From Macrostomum lignano (taxonomy: Eukaryota), in assembly GCA_002269645.1 (NCBI GenBank), contig NIVC01000862.1, positions 1 through 64,000 of the forward strand: a stretch of DNA of 64,000 nt, read 5' to 3'. Below, in pieces: positions 21,991 to 32,620 of this stretch (the first letter of the stretch is position 1; each line of letters starts with the position of its first letter). A program made the position numbers and the translations under genes. The notes beneath the pieces were generated by a model. That model saw only the letters and a list, made by a program, of their open reading frames with translations. It was not told the DNA's origin and ran no database searches.

Positions 21991-24815
21991 CTACTGGAAG
22001 CCGATCTGCGGGTGTGGCATAACGCATATTTTTGTGTCCGAAACGACGCACGACCCAACGATGGCAGTGGCGTGAACTCGAACGGTGCGCTCATGTGGTA
22101 ACGGACCGAATGGATTGACTAAGAGGCCTCGGATGTGCGCAAATCTGGCACCTCGGTTCTCCGAGTTGGCATGTACGGCACACAAGGCCTCCAGTGGGTC
22201 CACGACAGCGTCCTGTACGGGTAGGATGTGAAGGTTGACATACACCTCATCGTTGTCGCACTCGATTGCTAGAACGCGGCCGAACTGAAAGCTCGTCGGC
22301 TGGCATCCGGCAATGGCTACAAAGGCAGATGACGCCCGCGTCTCAATCTCCGGTAGATACTCCTCGAAATACAACCCTGACGGGAGAGACGCCGAACGCC
22401 AGCCGTGGGCCATGTTGTTAGGACGCCGTAGTAGAATGCCAGACGCCGCGCGCATGCATGTCGTTCTGTGCCGCGCGCGTGGCTGCTGGTCGTTGTCGCG
22501 GAGAAGCTCCTCAGCCTGCATGACTGCCAGCTCGCGCTCAACGGCTCCGACAATCTCCACATCCGTGCGGCGGGACCCGTGAATCTGGCGACGCAGTCTG
22601 GTATGCATCGATTCAAACAGCCCGGCGGATTGACGGTTCAGAGGACCTGCCAGTATGGCATACGGCAGCATGTGGCAGCAGACTTGATGGGCGTTGTATG
22701 ACAGAAATCGCAGCGAATAAAGGCGCGACAAGTTCGCGTGAAAGTGTCTCAGCCCGATTTCAACGTGGCGCAATTCTGCACGCGGCGCACCTTCTAAGGA
22801 CATCCAGAAGATGCACGTGGAGAGGATTAAAATGTGCCAGTAGTGTTCCTCTGGCAGGAAGTCATCAAGGACGAAAGGCGCGAACGCCAATAACCACATT
22901 GCGTATTCGTGGCCGCGCATGTGTCTGATGTCCTTGAGAAGCCTGACAGTGTGACGCTGAACAGTGCGAGGAACGCGAATGCGCCGAAGACGCTGGTCGA
23001 TGTGGCTCAGCCGCGCGTGCAGGTCCGGACAATTTGTGGCGCCTCGATCCGGTTTTTCATGACGCACGAGGAACAGCTGGTACAAAATATTGCGTACCAG
23101 GCCGGAGCACAACTGGTGCAGGAAACACGGTGGACAGCCGCGGACAAAGTCAAACCCGTGCAGTCGAGACAGCGGTGACAGGCCACGGACACCGAGGACG
23201 TCAGTCCGAATGTCGCCACCCTGCTGTGCGTGCTGCTCAGCGAGAGTGTGAGTGTCGCTGGTCGACCGCACTACAGTCTGAACGCATCCTAGACGTCTGG
23301 CCTGATTAAGCATCGCGTCAGTAACCCCGACGCCGTAGACTCGTCCATGGCCTGATGGATGCAATGATGTCCGGATGTAGCACTTCTCGCATCCGTAGAT
23401 AGCCGAGAAACGCTTCATGCACAGAGCGTCCGCTCTCGCTGGAGCGTCGAACAGCGCCATTAGCGGATGCAGATGCAATCGACGCTGAACCCCGAGGCTG
23501 TCGATATACTGTACACCATCGAAGCGCAGAGTATTCAGTGCATTTACGACGATTGGCAGAAAGGCGGCGGCATGGACCTTTTTCTTGCCGGCCCACACGC
23601 CACACTTCATCACGAATCGGAGCTTCAGCCGCTCGTGCACTTCGTTAATACTCAGATAGACGGGGCACACCTCGACATTGCTAGTGCAGAAAAGAGTAAA
23701 TCCGTCTGCACAGATGGTGTATGTAAGGTCGCTCCGAGTCTCGGGTTCGATGTTCTCGAGAAACGACTTGTACAGTTCGCTGTTGGCAAAGTGCAGCTTC
23801 TCTTCGTCCAGTGCAAGCCGTTCAATCGGAAATGTTACGCTCTGTAGAAGACCGCGAGATTCAACGAATGTTCGGATCTGCGCAGGTATGTCGAATAACC
23901 AGAAGTTGGCCACATTTTCCGACGTACAGTGCGCACAATTAGAGTTTCCTGGATCGCAGCGCTGCTCGGAATGTAGATAACAGTCGTTGCAGACAGTGTA
24001 ACATGTTGACGACCCCGAGATTGTTCCCCTCTTCTTCAAAGTTTCACGCAATGTTCGTCCGTGCTGAGGAAGGCGGTTGTCGGGTACTAGCCTGTGCAGT
24101 AGTGAAAGCAGCCTTGTCGTCCCGCTAACTGTCAGGTTCAGTTCCCTCGCGCAGGAGCTGACCTCCCAAATCGCCTCTCCGAGCGAAACGGGCAGAGCGT
24201 CGTGCCAATTGACTCCTGGAAACCCCGGGACGTCCTCGTCGTTGTCGGAGTCTGTGCTCTGGCCGTCAACAGACTGCGAACCTGGGAGGAATATATTGTG
24301 TGTGGTGAGCGTAGTGCGCATGTGTTCGGTGGACAGTGTGAGTGCAACGTGCAGGTAACACAAAAGTATCAAACATGAGCCATTGGGATGGATCCACAAT
24401 CCACGATAAGCCAACTCTCTGACTGGGACTCACCACTAGAGGAAGAATCCCCGTCCGAAGTGCTGTCAGAGCTCGACACCGGGTCCCCATTGCGGCCATC
24501 GGCCTGTGCGCCACCGTCGTCGGACTCTGGATTGTCTATAGGCAGGTATACAGACTGCTCATCTCGAGATCGAGATACTGTAGATGTAGAGGCGGATCCG
24601 CTTGCAGCTGCGACGACTGCAGCAGTCCCACTGGTGCCTGCGCCGCCGGACTGGACTTCGCCGGAGTCGACATCTGCAGAAGTTCCTGCGGTTGGACGCA
24701 GAGGTGATCGCGAACCTTCTTGTCGACTATTTGAATTGGCCAACGCACGCTGCCGCATGTACTCTCGCATGTACTGCCTCCGCTGTAACCGCGGCGGTAA
24801 ATCTGAATTGTCCAT
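21991..24815 (-). CDS. CMC/EnSpm DDE transposase, two exons (24815-24434, 24281-21991), about 890 aa
   Basis: A phase-1 intron (AGTG|GTGAGT ... CTCCCAG|GT) fuses the 148-aa and 807-aa track ORFs. Transposase_21-like motifs ICADGFTLF, CPVYLSINE, FDAPARADALCMK and YGCEKC, then CFLHQLCSG, GHEYAMWLL and YNAHQVCCH. Confidence 0.9.
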
Positions 24816-25649
24816 GCAGTTTGCGAGTCGTGCAGTACTGAAAGAGATTGGGTTGGTTTATGATGTCTAGATGCGCATATTCACTGTAGCACTATCTGCT
24901 GTGTGACCTATTCATCTATCCACGTATAGAATGGACGACATGTTTCTGAATTTCTGCATTTCAGTAACAACTCGGACGAGACCAATTTTGTCCAACAATA
25001 CCCGCTGTTTCCAAGACCTCTATGATCCCTATCTAACATAGTGTACTATCTAATGTGTTGCACACATGCAAAAGATGCGAAGGCATCGAACAACATCGAA
25101 GTCTCCCATCAAAATCAGAACGTGGGAAATGTCATACGGAGAAGTATATTTTTCTGTAGAACTTGGAGCATAAGAAATAGAACACGTTGTGCTGCTGTTT
25201 CTGGAACATGTGTTACAAACTGTGGGCATACAAGTAGGAGAAAGGTGCCATTTTCCACTATTCAATTCCACGTGCTCCACTATCACCCGGAAACATATCC
25301 GCTCTTCGTCCGGTTGTTAGGCGGGCGACAGCCCGGATTAAAATGCGGATGACTTTTCGGACGACAGTGACAATTCATCCGGCTAGTCATCCGTAAAGTC
25401 ATCCGACGCTTCATCCGGTTTTTGTCCGGGTAAACAAGCGGATATAATTCCGGACTAAAATGGACCAATTAAGTAAAAAAATCACCACTTTGTCCGGCTC
25501 TGATCCGGAAACTGGCCCGCTACTTTGTCCGGCAGCTTAAACCGGATGAATACCGGACGAAAAGCTGCATTTGTCCGGAATCGACCACCAAACGCGGACC
25601 AATGCGGACGACGGCCGGACGACAACCGGATCGGCTATCCAGGCGGGTA

Positions 25650-27717
25650 ATGGCAATTTCGTTCGCTTCTTTTACTTTACTACATCTATATAAGTAAGCT
25701 GGGTGTTCTTCGCCGCAGTTTGCGCATTTAAATTTGCTTTCTTTCGGGCAGTCTGCAGAATAGTGATCTCCCGCACATTTGTTACACCTGTAGGTTGCTG
25801 TGCATCTGTTTTCATGATGCCCTAATCTCTGACATTTTTTACATTGGATTGCTTTTACCGGAGCTAAATTAATAGACTCTTCGCATTTAAATTTGCTGTA
25901 ACCAAGGTAGACTCCATGCTGGATGCATCTTTCCATCGTGCCCTTGCTCTTAGTGAAGAGGCGGATGTGCGGAGTAGGTGCACCAGTTGCCCTAGAGACA
26001 ATGCGCACAGCGCCGTCAATTGGTAGTTGCTGCTCTGAGTCTGCCAAGTGTTTGGCTAGCATGTGTGCGTCTACGGTGATTGGCACATGTTTTACGATAA
26101 ACGAGTACGTTGTTGGTGATTTTAGTGGAGCACGCGCCTGATCATCTCCTTGTCTTATTGGCCTTTTGGCTGCTGTGCGTCGCGTGACTTCGTGGTTATT
26201 AATTTTATTTATTTTGAGAATAGCTGTTAATAGTGTGTTGAAGTCCTTAGGGTGATCTGGAATCGCGATGTAGCCGGAGCTATGGTATAGGTCCTTAACC
26301 GACCTGATGCGAACGTCTGGGAAATTTGTTTTCAGAAACCATTCGAATTTGATGGGATCTTTGCCTTCTTGGTCGATTTCAAAGATGACAGGTGCTGAGT
26401 TAGTAGATTTTTGAGTATTATTAGTTTTAGGATGGTAGTTTAGAGTTGTAGAGTTTAGTTGGCTAGATTGGTTAGATTGGTGAATGTTAGGTTGCTGAGT
26501 AGCTGGCAGCTTGTAGTTGTTAGGTGGTTGAGTTTGGTCGCCTGATTGCTGAGTGTCTGAAAGTGTCTGCTGATTGTTTGCATGTGGTTGCAGAGTTGCT
26601 GAGTGCTTCGGCAGAGTGCTAGACTGAGTGGCTGACTGTAGTGTACCTGATGGCTGATTTGACAGAGTGTGCCTGCTGAGTGTTTGTTGAATGTTGCTGA
26701 GAGCCTGATTGAGTGTGTTGTTTGGTGCTAGACTGAGTGGCTGACTGCTGAGAGCCAGTGAGCTGGTTAGCTGTTTGAGATTGCTGAGTGCTTGATTTGT
26801 GCCCCGAAGTGCAGCTGTTCGAACGTGATCTGATCTTTTTCAGATTTTCGGCTTCTTGCTCTGCTCTGCGACGAACCGAATTTTCGTCGTCCAGATCGCA
26901 GGTGATATCGTTGTCAAGAGGCTGCACGCAAGGGTTTGCAAGAGCAGAAGCAGGAGCAGGATCAGGTGGGATTCTGCTATCATACGTTAGCCTGAATGTT
27001 AGATTTACTCTTGCCTCTTTGACTTTTAGGTCCTTAAGGACGGCGTGCTGGAAGTGTGCCTGTGTCGCACCCCCCATTACCAGCAGAGAACCACTGGCGA
27101 GTTTTTGGGACCAAGCGATGTTGGTGGAGCCTTTGGTTCGTAAGTGGAAGTCACGTGCGGCACCAATAGAGATAGAGGCTATGGTCGGATTAGCCCCTAG
27201 TTCGTCTTCATCGTCTGAGTGCCAAGGAATGTGCACGGACCCATCTTTGTAATAATTTACGAGGCATGAGTTGAAGACGGGTAGACCAAACTCAGCGCTC
27301 AGCCAAGTAGCAAGACTAGTAACCAACGGGTGCCAGTCGTCATTGGCCGGAATCTTAGTTCCCCCGTAGCTATATTCTGGCCTGAACCATACAATTTTGC
27401 GGGCTTCAGGACGGCCTTTTGTGAGATGGTGAAAGGCTTTTGGCCTGGATTTCGTCGGTTAGTATTTTGAGTATTTGATTTTCCGAGCTCTTAAGAGCAA
27501 CCGGGTAGTAGCAGATGTTGCTGTTGTTTGGCAATGTGACAGTTTTCTCATCAGTCTTGTCAGCTATTGGAATTCGTATTATAGTTGTTTTACCATGTTC
27601 TTTTCTAACCTCTAAACTGTCCCTTTTAGGGGGAGGCAAAGGCTCAGCCCGCTCACCTTTGGACGTGCCGGTTTGCGGAGGCGTCTCGGGCAGCGGCGCG
27701 TTTGATGGAGACAGCAT
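25650..27717 (-). pseudogene. LINE ORF1, N-terminal part: AlkB dioxygenase - Q/S/T linker - gag-like region with three CCHC knuckles (two 1-nt frameshifts near 27435 and 26660)
   Basis: AlkB: RKIVWF..EYSYGG, FNSCLVNYYKDG, WHSDDE (HxD), FQHAV (H), RVNLTFR (R..R). Knuckles: CKKCQRLGHHENRC, CNKCAGDHYSADC, CANCGEEHPAYLYRC. Confidence 0.88.
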
Positions 27718-29339
27718 GGTCTTAGGTTCGGATCTTCGGCTTGGACCAGCTGAGTCTCGGTGATTGGCTTTTTTTGAGTTCGCAATTTTTTTTTTGAGTC
27801 CGTGTCGCGGGCACTGCGTTTGCTGTTACACTCAACGTTCATTGACCTTAATAAAACAGTGGCCTATTTTACAAGAAAAAATCCTTAGAATATAAAACTA
27901 TTAATAATAAAACTTATAAAACTTAAAAAATACTACTGATAGTAGGTCAAAGTAGACTAAATACAAGATAAGTCCTTAAGCTATCCTGGCCTGTCGCTTT
28001 AGGAGCAGATTCGCGCGAGACCGGCCGGCCGATGAGGAAGCCGCTGAGCGAAGCCTCTGACTGTTTTTACCCTGGCTGTCTCTCTGGCAGCTTGTCTAAG
28101 GGTTGTGCGCAATCCGATTGGCCTAGCCAATTCTTAAGGGTCCGCCCCGGAGGGGCTGTGCCCATTACAAATACTAAACCCTATTCTTATTTCTAACCAA
28201 TTTTTTTTGGCCCTCGGCCTTGGTTTAGGGGGGGGGTGCCCGGAGTGAGTAGGTTCTCTGGACTGCAGTGTGGCTAGGACGGGACTGAGCCCCCCGGTCG
28301 AACCCGCCCTGCAGGAAAGAAAGACCTATTCACAAAGGTGTACGGTAGACCCAGTAGCATGCCAGCCCTGAGGCTGAGCACCCGGGCTGCAGGCCGGCAA
28401 GCTGCCTGCTTTAGGGCTATGGTGCTCCTCCCCACTGCCATTCTTTTTTTCTGGGCTGGCATCCCAGCGCGGTTTTATCCCCTGCTTTTATCTAGTTTTA
28501 GCTTAATTAGGCCTTGAGCCAAATCCAATTTCTCTGGAGTTATGAGCTCTGCCCTCGCCCGGTCCATCTTGCCCTGTCCTCGGGTCCATCTCCTGGCTCC
28601 TGCTGTAAGGTCCCTGCTTGCGTGTCTCTGGCTCTCATCCTGACAGTGGATTGGTGTCCTGGGAAGGATGTTCGTCCCGTACCGGGGACAACCGGCTGAG
28701 TCCGGAGTCCTCTTGCCCTGGGTGCCTCTTCTCCCGACCCCTTGGCCTGGCCCCCAATAATGAGCTGGATAGGCGATGCCCTTGGGTTGGCAGCAATAGA
28801 GGTGAACGGTCTTCCCGCCTGGAGTCTCCCCCTCGGATACAAGCCTTCCAGACTCACTCCAAAATAGAGCTGGGTAGTGAAAAGCCTTGAGGCTCGAGAC
28901 CTACAGTTGACGGGTGCTGTATAGGATCGCTCTTGGTAAATTAGCTGCCCAGACTCGCTCCAATAGTTTAAGCCATTTCCAAGGTTTAGGAGTAGTTCCT
29001 CACTTGGACCGCTTTCAGTAGTATCCCAAACTTTTCGTTTTCAAATTTCTCTGCGCACACCCAAAAGACTTGCTGGCTGGGGGATGGTCTGGGTGGATTC
29101 GGTCCTAGCACCGTCCCTGATTCCACTGTTGGTTCGGCGGTGTCTTGTACCATAGGCTTGAAGTCCCTCGCCCTTTCCCTAGCTTTAAGCTGGGGCCCAA
29201 CTAAATTGGTGTTTCGGGTATCTCGGGTACACAGTCTTATCTGTGCCCTTGGCAGTGCCCTCTGCGGCAGAGCCCCTCCCAGGGCTGATCCGCGGGTAGC
29301 AAAGCTTCCCACCCCCGTTTAACAACAAAGCCGTGGCCG

Positions 29340-29530
29340 AGTCGACGAGCCGTTGCCGAGCCGCCGCTGGCTGCGTCACCGAGCCGCGCCGCCTAGTCGC
29401 GCCGCCGCCGCCGCGCCGGACCGCCTAGCCGAGTCGCCGAGCCTGGTCGAGCCGCTGGTCGAGCCGAGCCGAGCCGAGCCGAGCCAGAAGCCGAGCCGAG
29501 AGCCGAGTGCCGTCAGAGAGCCGCCAGTCG
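29340..29530. repeat. GC-rich (GCCGA/GCCGC)n low-complexity tract
   Basis: Runs of gagccgagccgagcc and gccgccgcc. Confidence 0.85.
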
Positions 29531-30288
29531 CCAGGAGATTGTAACGACCCAAGTGAGTAAGTTTGAAATTGACAAGTAGGTATACGTCGCCCCACACTGT
29601 GGATAACGATTATAGCTTGTTGTAAAATGCTTGCTTGTCACCGGAGAGGCTACAAAACAAGCAAAAAGAGGCCCTACAAAACAAGCAGAGAAGGTTGTTT
29701 TATTTTCAGCGCCGACCGCATCCTTTATATACTAAATTTTAGGGGAGAAAGATTACATTAAAACAAAATTGATGAGTTAAACAAAACTAGAGAAATTATT
29801 TGATTGGTGGAGAAATTTTGCTCGCGTTTAACTACTGTTAGTAGAGATTACCGGGTAATTAATTTCTGCCTCAACTGGCTTCCCTTACTTAAATTTTCGA
29901 ATAAAAATATGAGTGAAAAAATTTAACATAGTATTATAAGTAGTATACAAATGAGAATCGGTAAGGATATATACATTGAATATACGCACGTTCGAGAGTA
30001 TTAAACAATAATAAGTATAGTGAGCAACGCAAAGAAGCAGGATTATTATGAGTGTGAGCATAATCAATAAGTATGAGCAATAAGATAAACGAAAATAAGC
30101 GAGATAAGCAAATTAAGCAATAGGTATACATATTAGCAATAGGTAGGTTATAAGCAAAATAAGCGATAGGGGCACATAAGCAGTAAGTTCATATAAGCAA
30201 AGTGAGCAAAGGCATATATCAAATAAGCAAATAAGCAAATAAGCAATAAGTAGTAATAGAGCATGTTGTCAAAATGAGTAATAGTTAT

Positions 30289-31016
30289 TTAGTTATTAAC
30301 GTTCATTCCGAACTCAACCGGTAGGCTGTGCCGGACTGGCCAGCCGATGAGCTCTGCTGTCCAGCAGACTTCATGGCGTAGCTGCAGTTGCTGGTGCGCC
30401 CACCCTGATTGCATGATTGACTGCAATGCATACATGACCGCTCGCCTCCAGGCGGCTACGGCCTGTTCGTGGCTAAATGCGGCCTGCAGTTCGCGGAGCG
30501 GGGTCTCGGCCTCGTTGGTTTGCGGCAGAAAATCTCGGCCGTCCAACCTTAATAGCGCCACTCTCATGTAATAAGTTTTGAGTCGGCCGATCAGTTGCTT
30601 GTAGGTATCGTGCTTGCTGCCGGGGATTTCTGCCAGAATGCTTGAATAATTGGCGCCATAGGCCATTAGTTCTTGTGATGCCGGCCGCCGATTGACGTGC
30701 ACCGCCGGCGGAGTCGCTGGCGCGGCGACGGCGGTCTCGATCTCGCTGGTGTCGGCGGCTCCCGCTGTGGCGGCTTTGGCTGGATGAGCCGCTGTTTCTT
30801 CGCCGCAACGTATTGAGTAGGAGTCGACCCAGCTGGATATCGCTTAATTAAAGATGCTTTGGGCACCACCGGTTTCTCTGCCTGCCGCCTTAGCAGAGCT
30901 TGCCGCGCCTCAGGGTCGTGCGGCACGGGCGGCATCCTTTTGATCACGACTGACTTCAGCCTTGTATTTCGCTGATTGTCCACCACTTCGTTTGATGAAG
31001 CATGTACTGTATTCAT
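30289..31016 (-). pseudogene. Orphan ORF with one frameshift (basic, Pro-rich N-terminus; helical C-terminus), probably a TE accessory gene
   Basis: Two overlapping track ORFs (30666-31016 and 30289-30702) in a GC-rich island within AT-rich flanks; no family recognised. Confidence 0.35.
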
Positions 31017-31049
31017 AATATAATTAACATCGTACTTGTTTTTTCCGAG

Positions 31050-31450
31050 GCATACCTCATATGAAAGTTACCAGATGTTACCAATTTATTTGAAAAGTTC
31101 CCAAAAGTTTCCGTACGTAATGAGTCATGCAGGGCGCTCGCCACTCATGAGGCCACTGATAAGTTACCATAAGTTGCCGAAAATTCCCTAAAACTCACCA
31201 AAAAGTGCCAAAAGTTTCCAAAATGTTGCCATTTTTTACCTCTTTAAAAAGTTACCAAAAGTTACCATTCGCCGCGCTCAATGTTCCTAAAAGTTGCCAA
31301 ACAGATAGCCAATCAGTGCACGCCACGGCGGCGCCCACCTCTTCAACTTGAAAAGTAACCACGAGTTACCAAAATTTACCACTATATTTAGCCATAAATT
31401 GCCATAAGCTACCAAATGTTCCCACAAATTGTTCCCATAATTTTTCAACG
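31050..31450. repeat. Array of short gttacc/gttgcc motifs, resembling subterminal repeats
   Basis: Repeated gttacca(a), gttgcc(a) and aagttcc motifs. Confidence 0.55.
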
Positions 31451-32089
31451 GGCAGACTGGTGCCGTCTGGTGAGAGCCAACTCGAGTCAACACGAATCGA
31501 CTGGGGTACGCAGGCGGATGAAACAAGCAGAATGTCATGCGAAGATTTCTCTGGCGGTTCAAGAAATCAGTGAGTTATTGAAGCACATGTGTTGAAAAGC
31601 CATCACAAGTAAATTTTAGCATTTACAGAATTGCTACCTTGGCCCTACATGCTAAAATTCCTGCTGCATTGGCATTGAATGAATATGAAGTACCTTTAGA
31701 TTGGGTGCGTAAGTCAAATTTGGAGACTAAAATTTAGGATATGGGCTATTTAAGATATATAGGTAAAACTTGATTGTAGTTTTGGTACCCCAATGGTCTA
31801 ATCTAATAACATTCTAAGAATTTCTTTAATGGACATTCTGAGAATTTCAGCTAATGGGATTTCTGAGATTTTCAGCTAATGGGATTTCTGAGATTTTCAG
31901 CTAATGGAATTCTAATGGGCTAATGGCCCGAATGCCCGATGATTCACCTTAGGAACACCTTGTTAGAGGCACCTAAGCGGTTGAGCTGCCCGATACAGTC
32001 GAGGACTGTACGCGAACAGTTGGTGGTGCGCTCAAGGGCGTGAATCGCCGCTTGACTGTCTGAGTGGAGGGTAATTTCATTCCCCCAGA

Positions 32090-32620
32090 CGCTTGATTAT
32101 ACAGCTCCATGGCACAGGAGCTAATGGCGAGAACTTCGTTCTGGAAGACGGTGGAGCAGGTGCCGGTGTGTTAGGAGAAGGTCGCCACAGTTCTCCCTCC
32201 AGACACGATGCAGTAGCCGTAGCCAGAGGCGGAGTTGATTTGGGACCCATCAGTGAAGCAGTGGATTTCATGGGGTTTCCAGTTGTCTCTTGTTTCATGA
32301 CGTGGTGGAATGCTGGTTTTGAATTTGAGCGGAGGGCAGAGCGTGGACGGGATTCCGTCCGAGAGGGTCATCAGGCCTCTCGCTGCTTCCAGGTCTTGCA
32401 GGCTGAGGTCGCCATGCGGCCGGAGGTTCCGCTTTCTGAAAACGAACTGCTTCTGGATTAGGACACCCGCGTCAACCTGAACTAGCTGAACAAGAAGGAG
32501 TTCATGCCGGCGAAGGGCGTAGTGGGAGCCGCGCTCATGATAGCTCGACAAGCGCGGCCTTGCACCCTATTTAGAACCTCAAGAACCCCTTTCACCTCTA
32601 GGGCACTATTCCAAATGAAA
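32090..32620 (-). mobile_element. Non-LTR retrotransposon fragment (RT-RNase H connection and RNase H start)
   Basis: VQGRACRAIMSAAPTTP followed, after a stop, by HCFTDGSQINSASGYGYCIV (RNase H-like D-G-S motif). Confidence 0.7.

Larger units (their letters stand above)
16630..25647 (-). mobile_element. CMC/EnSpm (CACTA-like) DNA transposon, 9,018 bp, with cargo genes
   Basis: Perfect 12-bp TIRs CCCGCCTGGATA (16630-16641) and TATCCAGGCGGG (25636-25647). TA is duplicated at 16628-16629 and 25648-25649. Dense TCCGG/CCGGA subterminal motifs occur at both ends. It encodes a Transposase_21-like ORF. Confidence 0.93.
9760..29678 (-). mobile_element. Jockey/I-group-like non-LTR retrotransposon (AlkB-ORF1 + APE-RT ORF2), interrupted by a gypsy and a CMC transposon
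   Basis: ORF1 and ORF2 can be rebuilt across both insertions. There is an (AAATG)-like 3' tail at about 9760-9776. An identical 30-mer aaacaagcagagaaggttgttttattttca lies at 9730-9759 and 29679-29708 (candidate TSD). The 5' boundary is less certain than the coding parts. Confidence 0.75.

Noticed and set aside
25520-25647. Tail TRLDSRSGCRPAVV... of the 188-aa zinc-knuckle ORF, and MTPGRVYGQ... at 16682
   Set aside because: Read-through into or out of the CMC termini; the true ORF1 is restored by excising the element.
26991-27450. Host ALKBH2/ALKBH3 gene
   Set aside because: Intronless and embedded in LINE ORF1 upstream of CCHC knuckles, so no host gene symbol was assigned.
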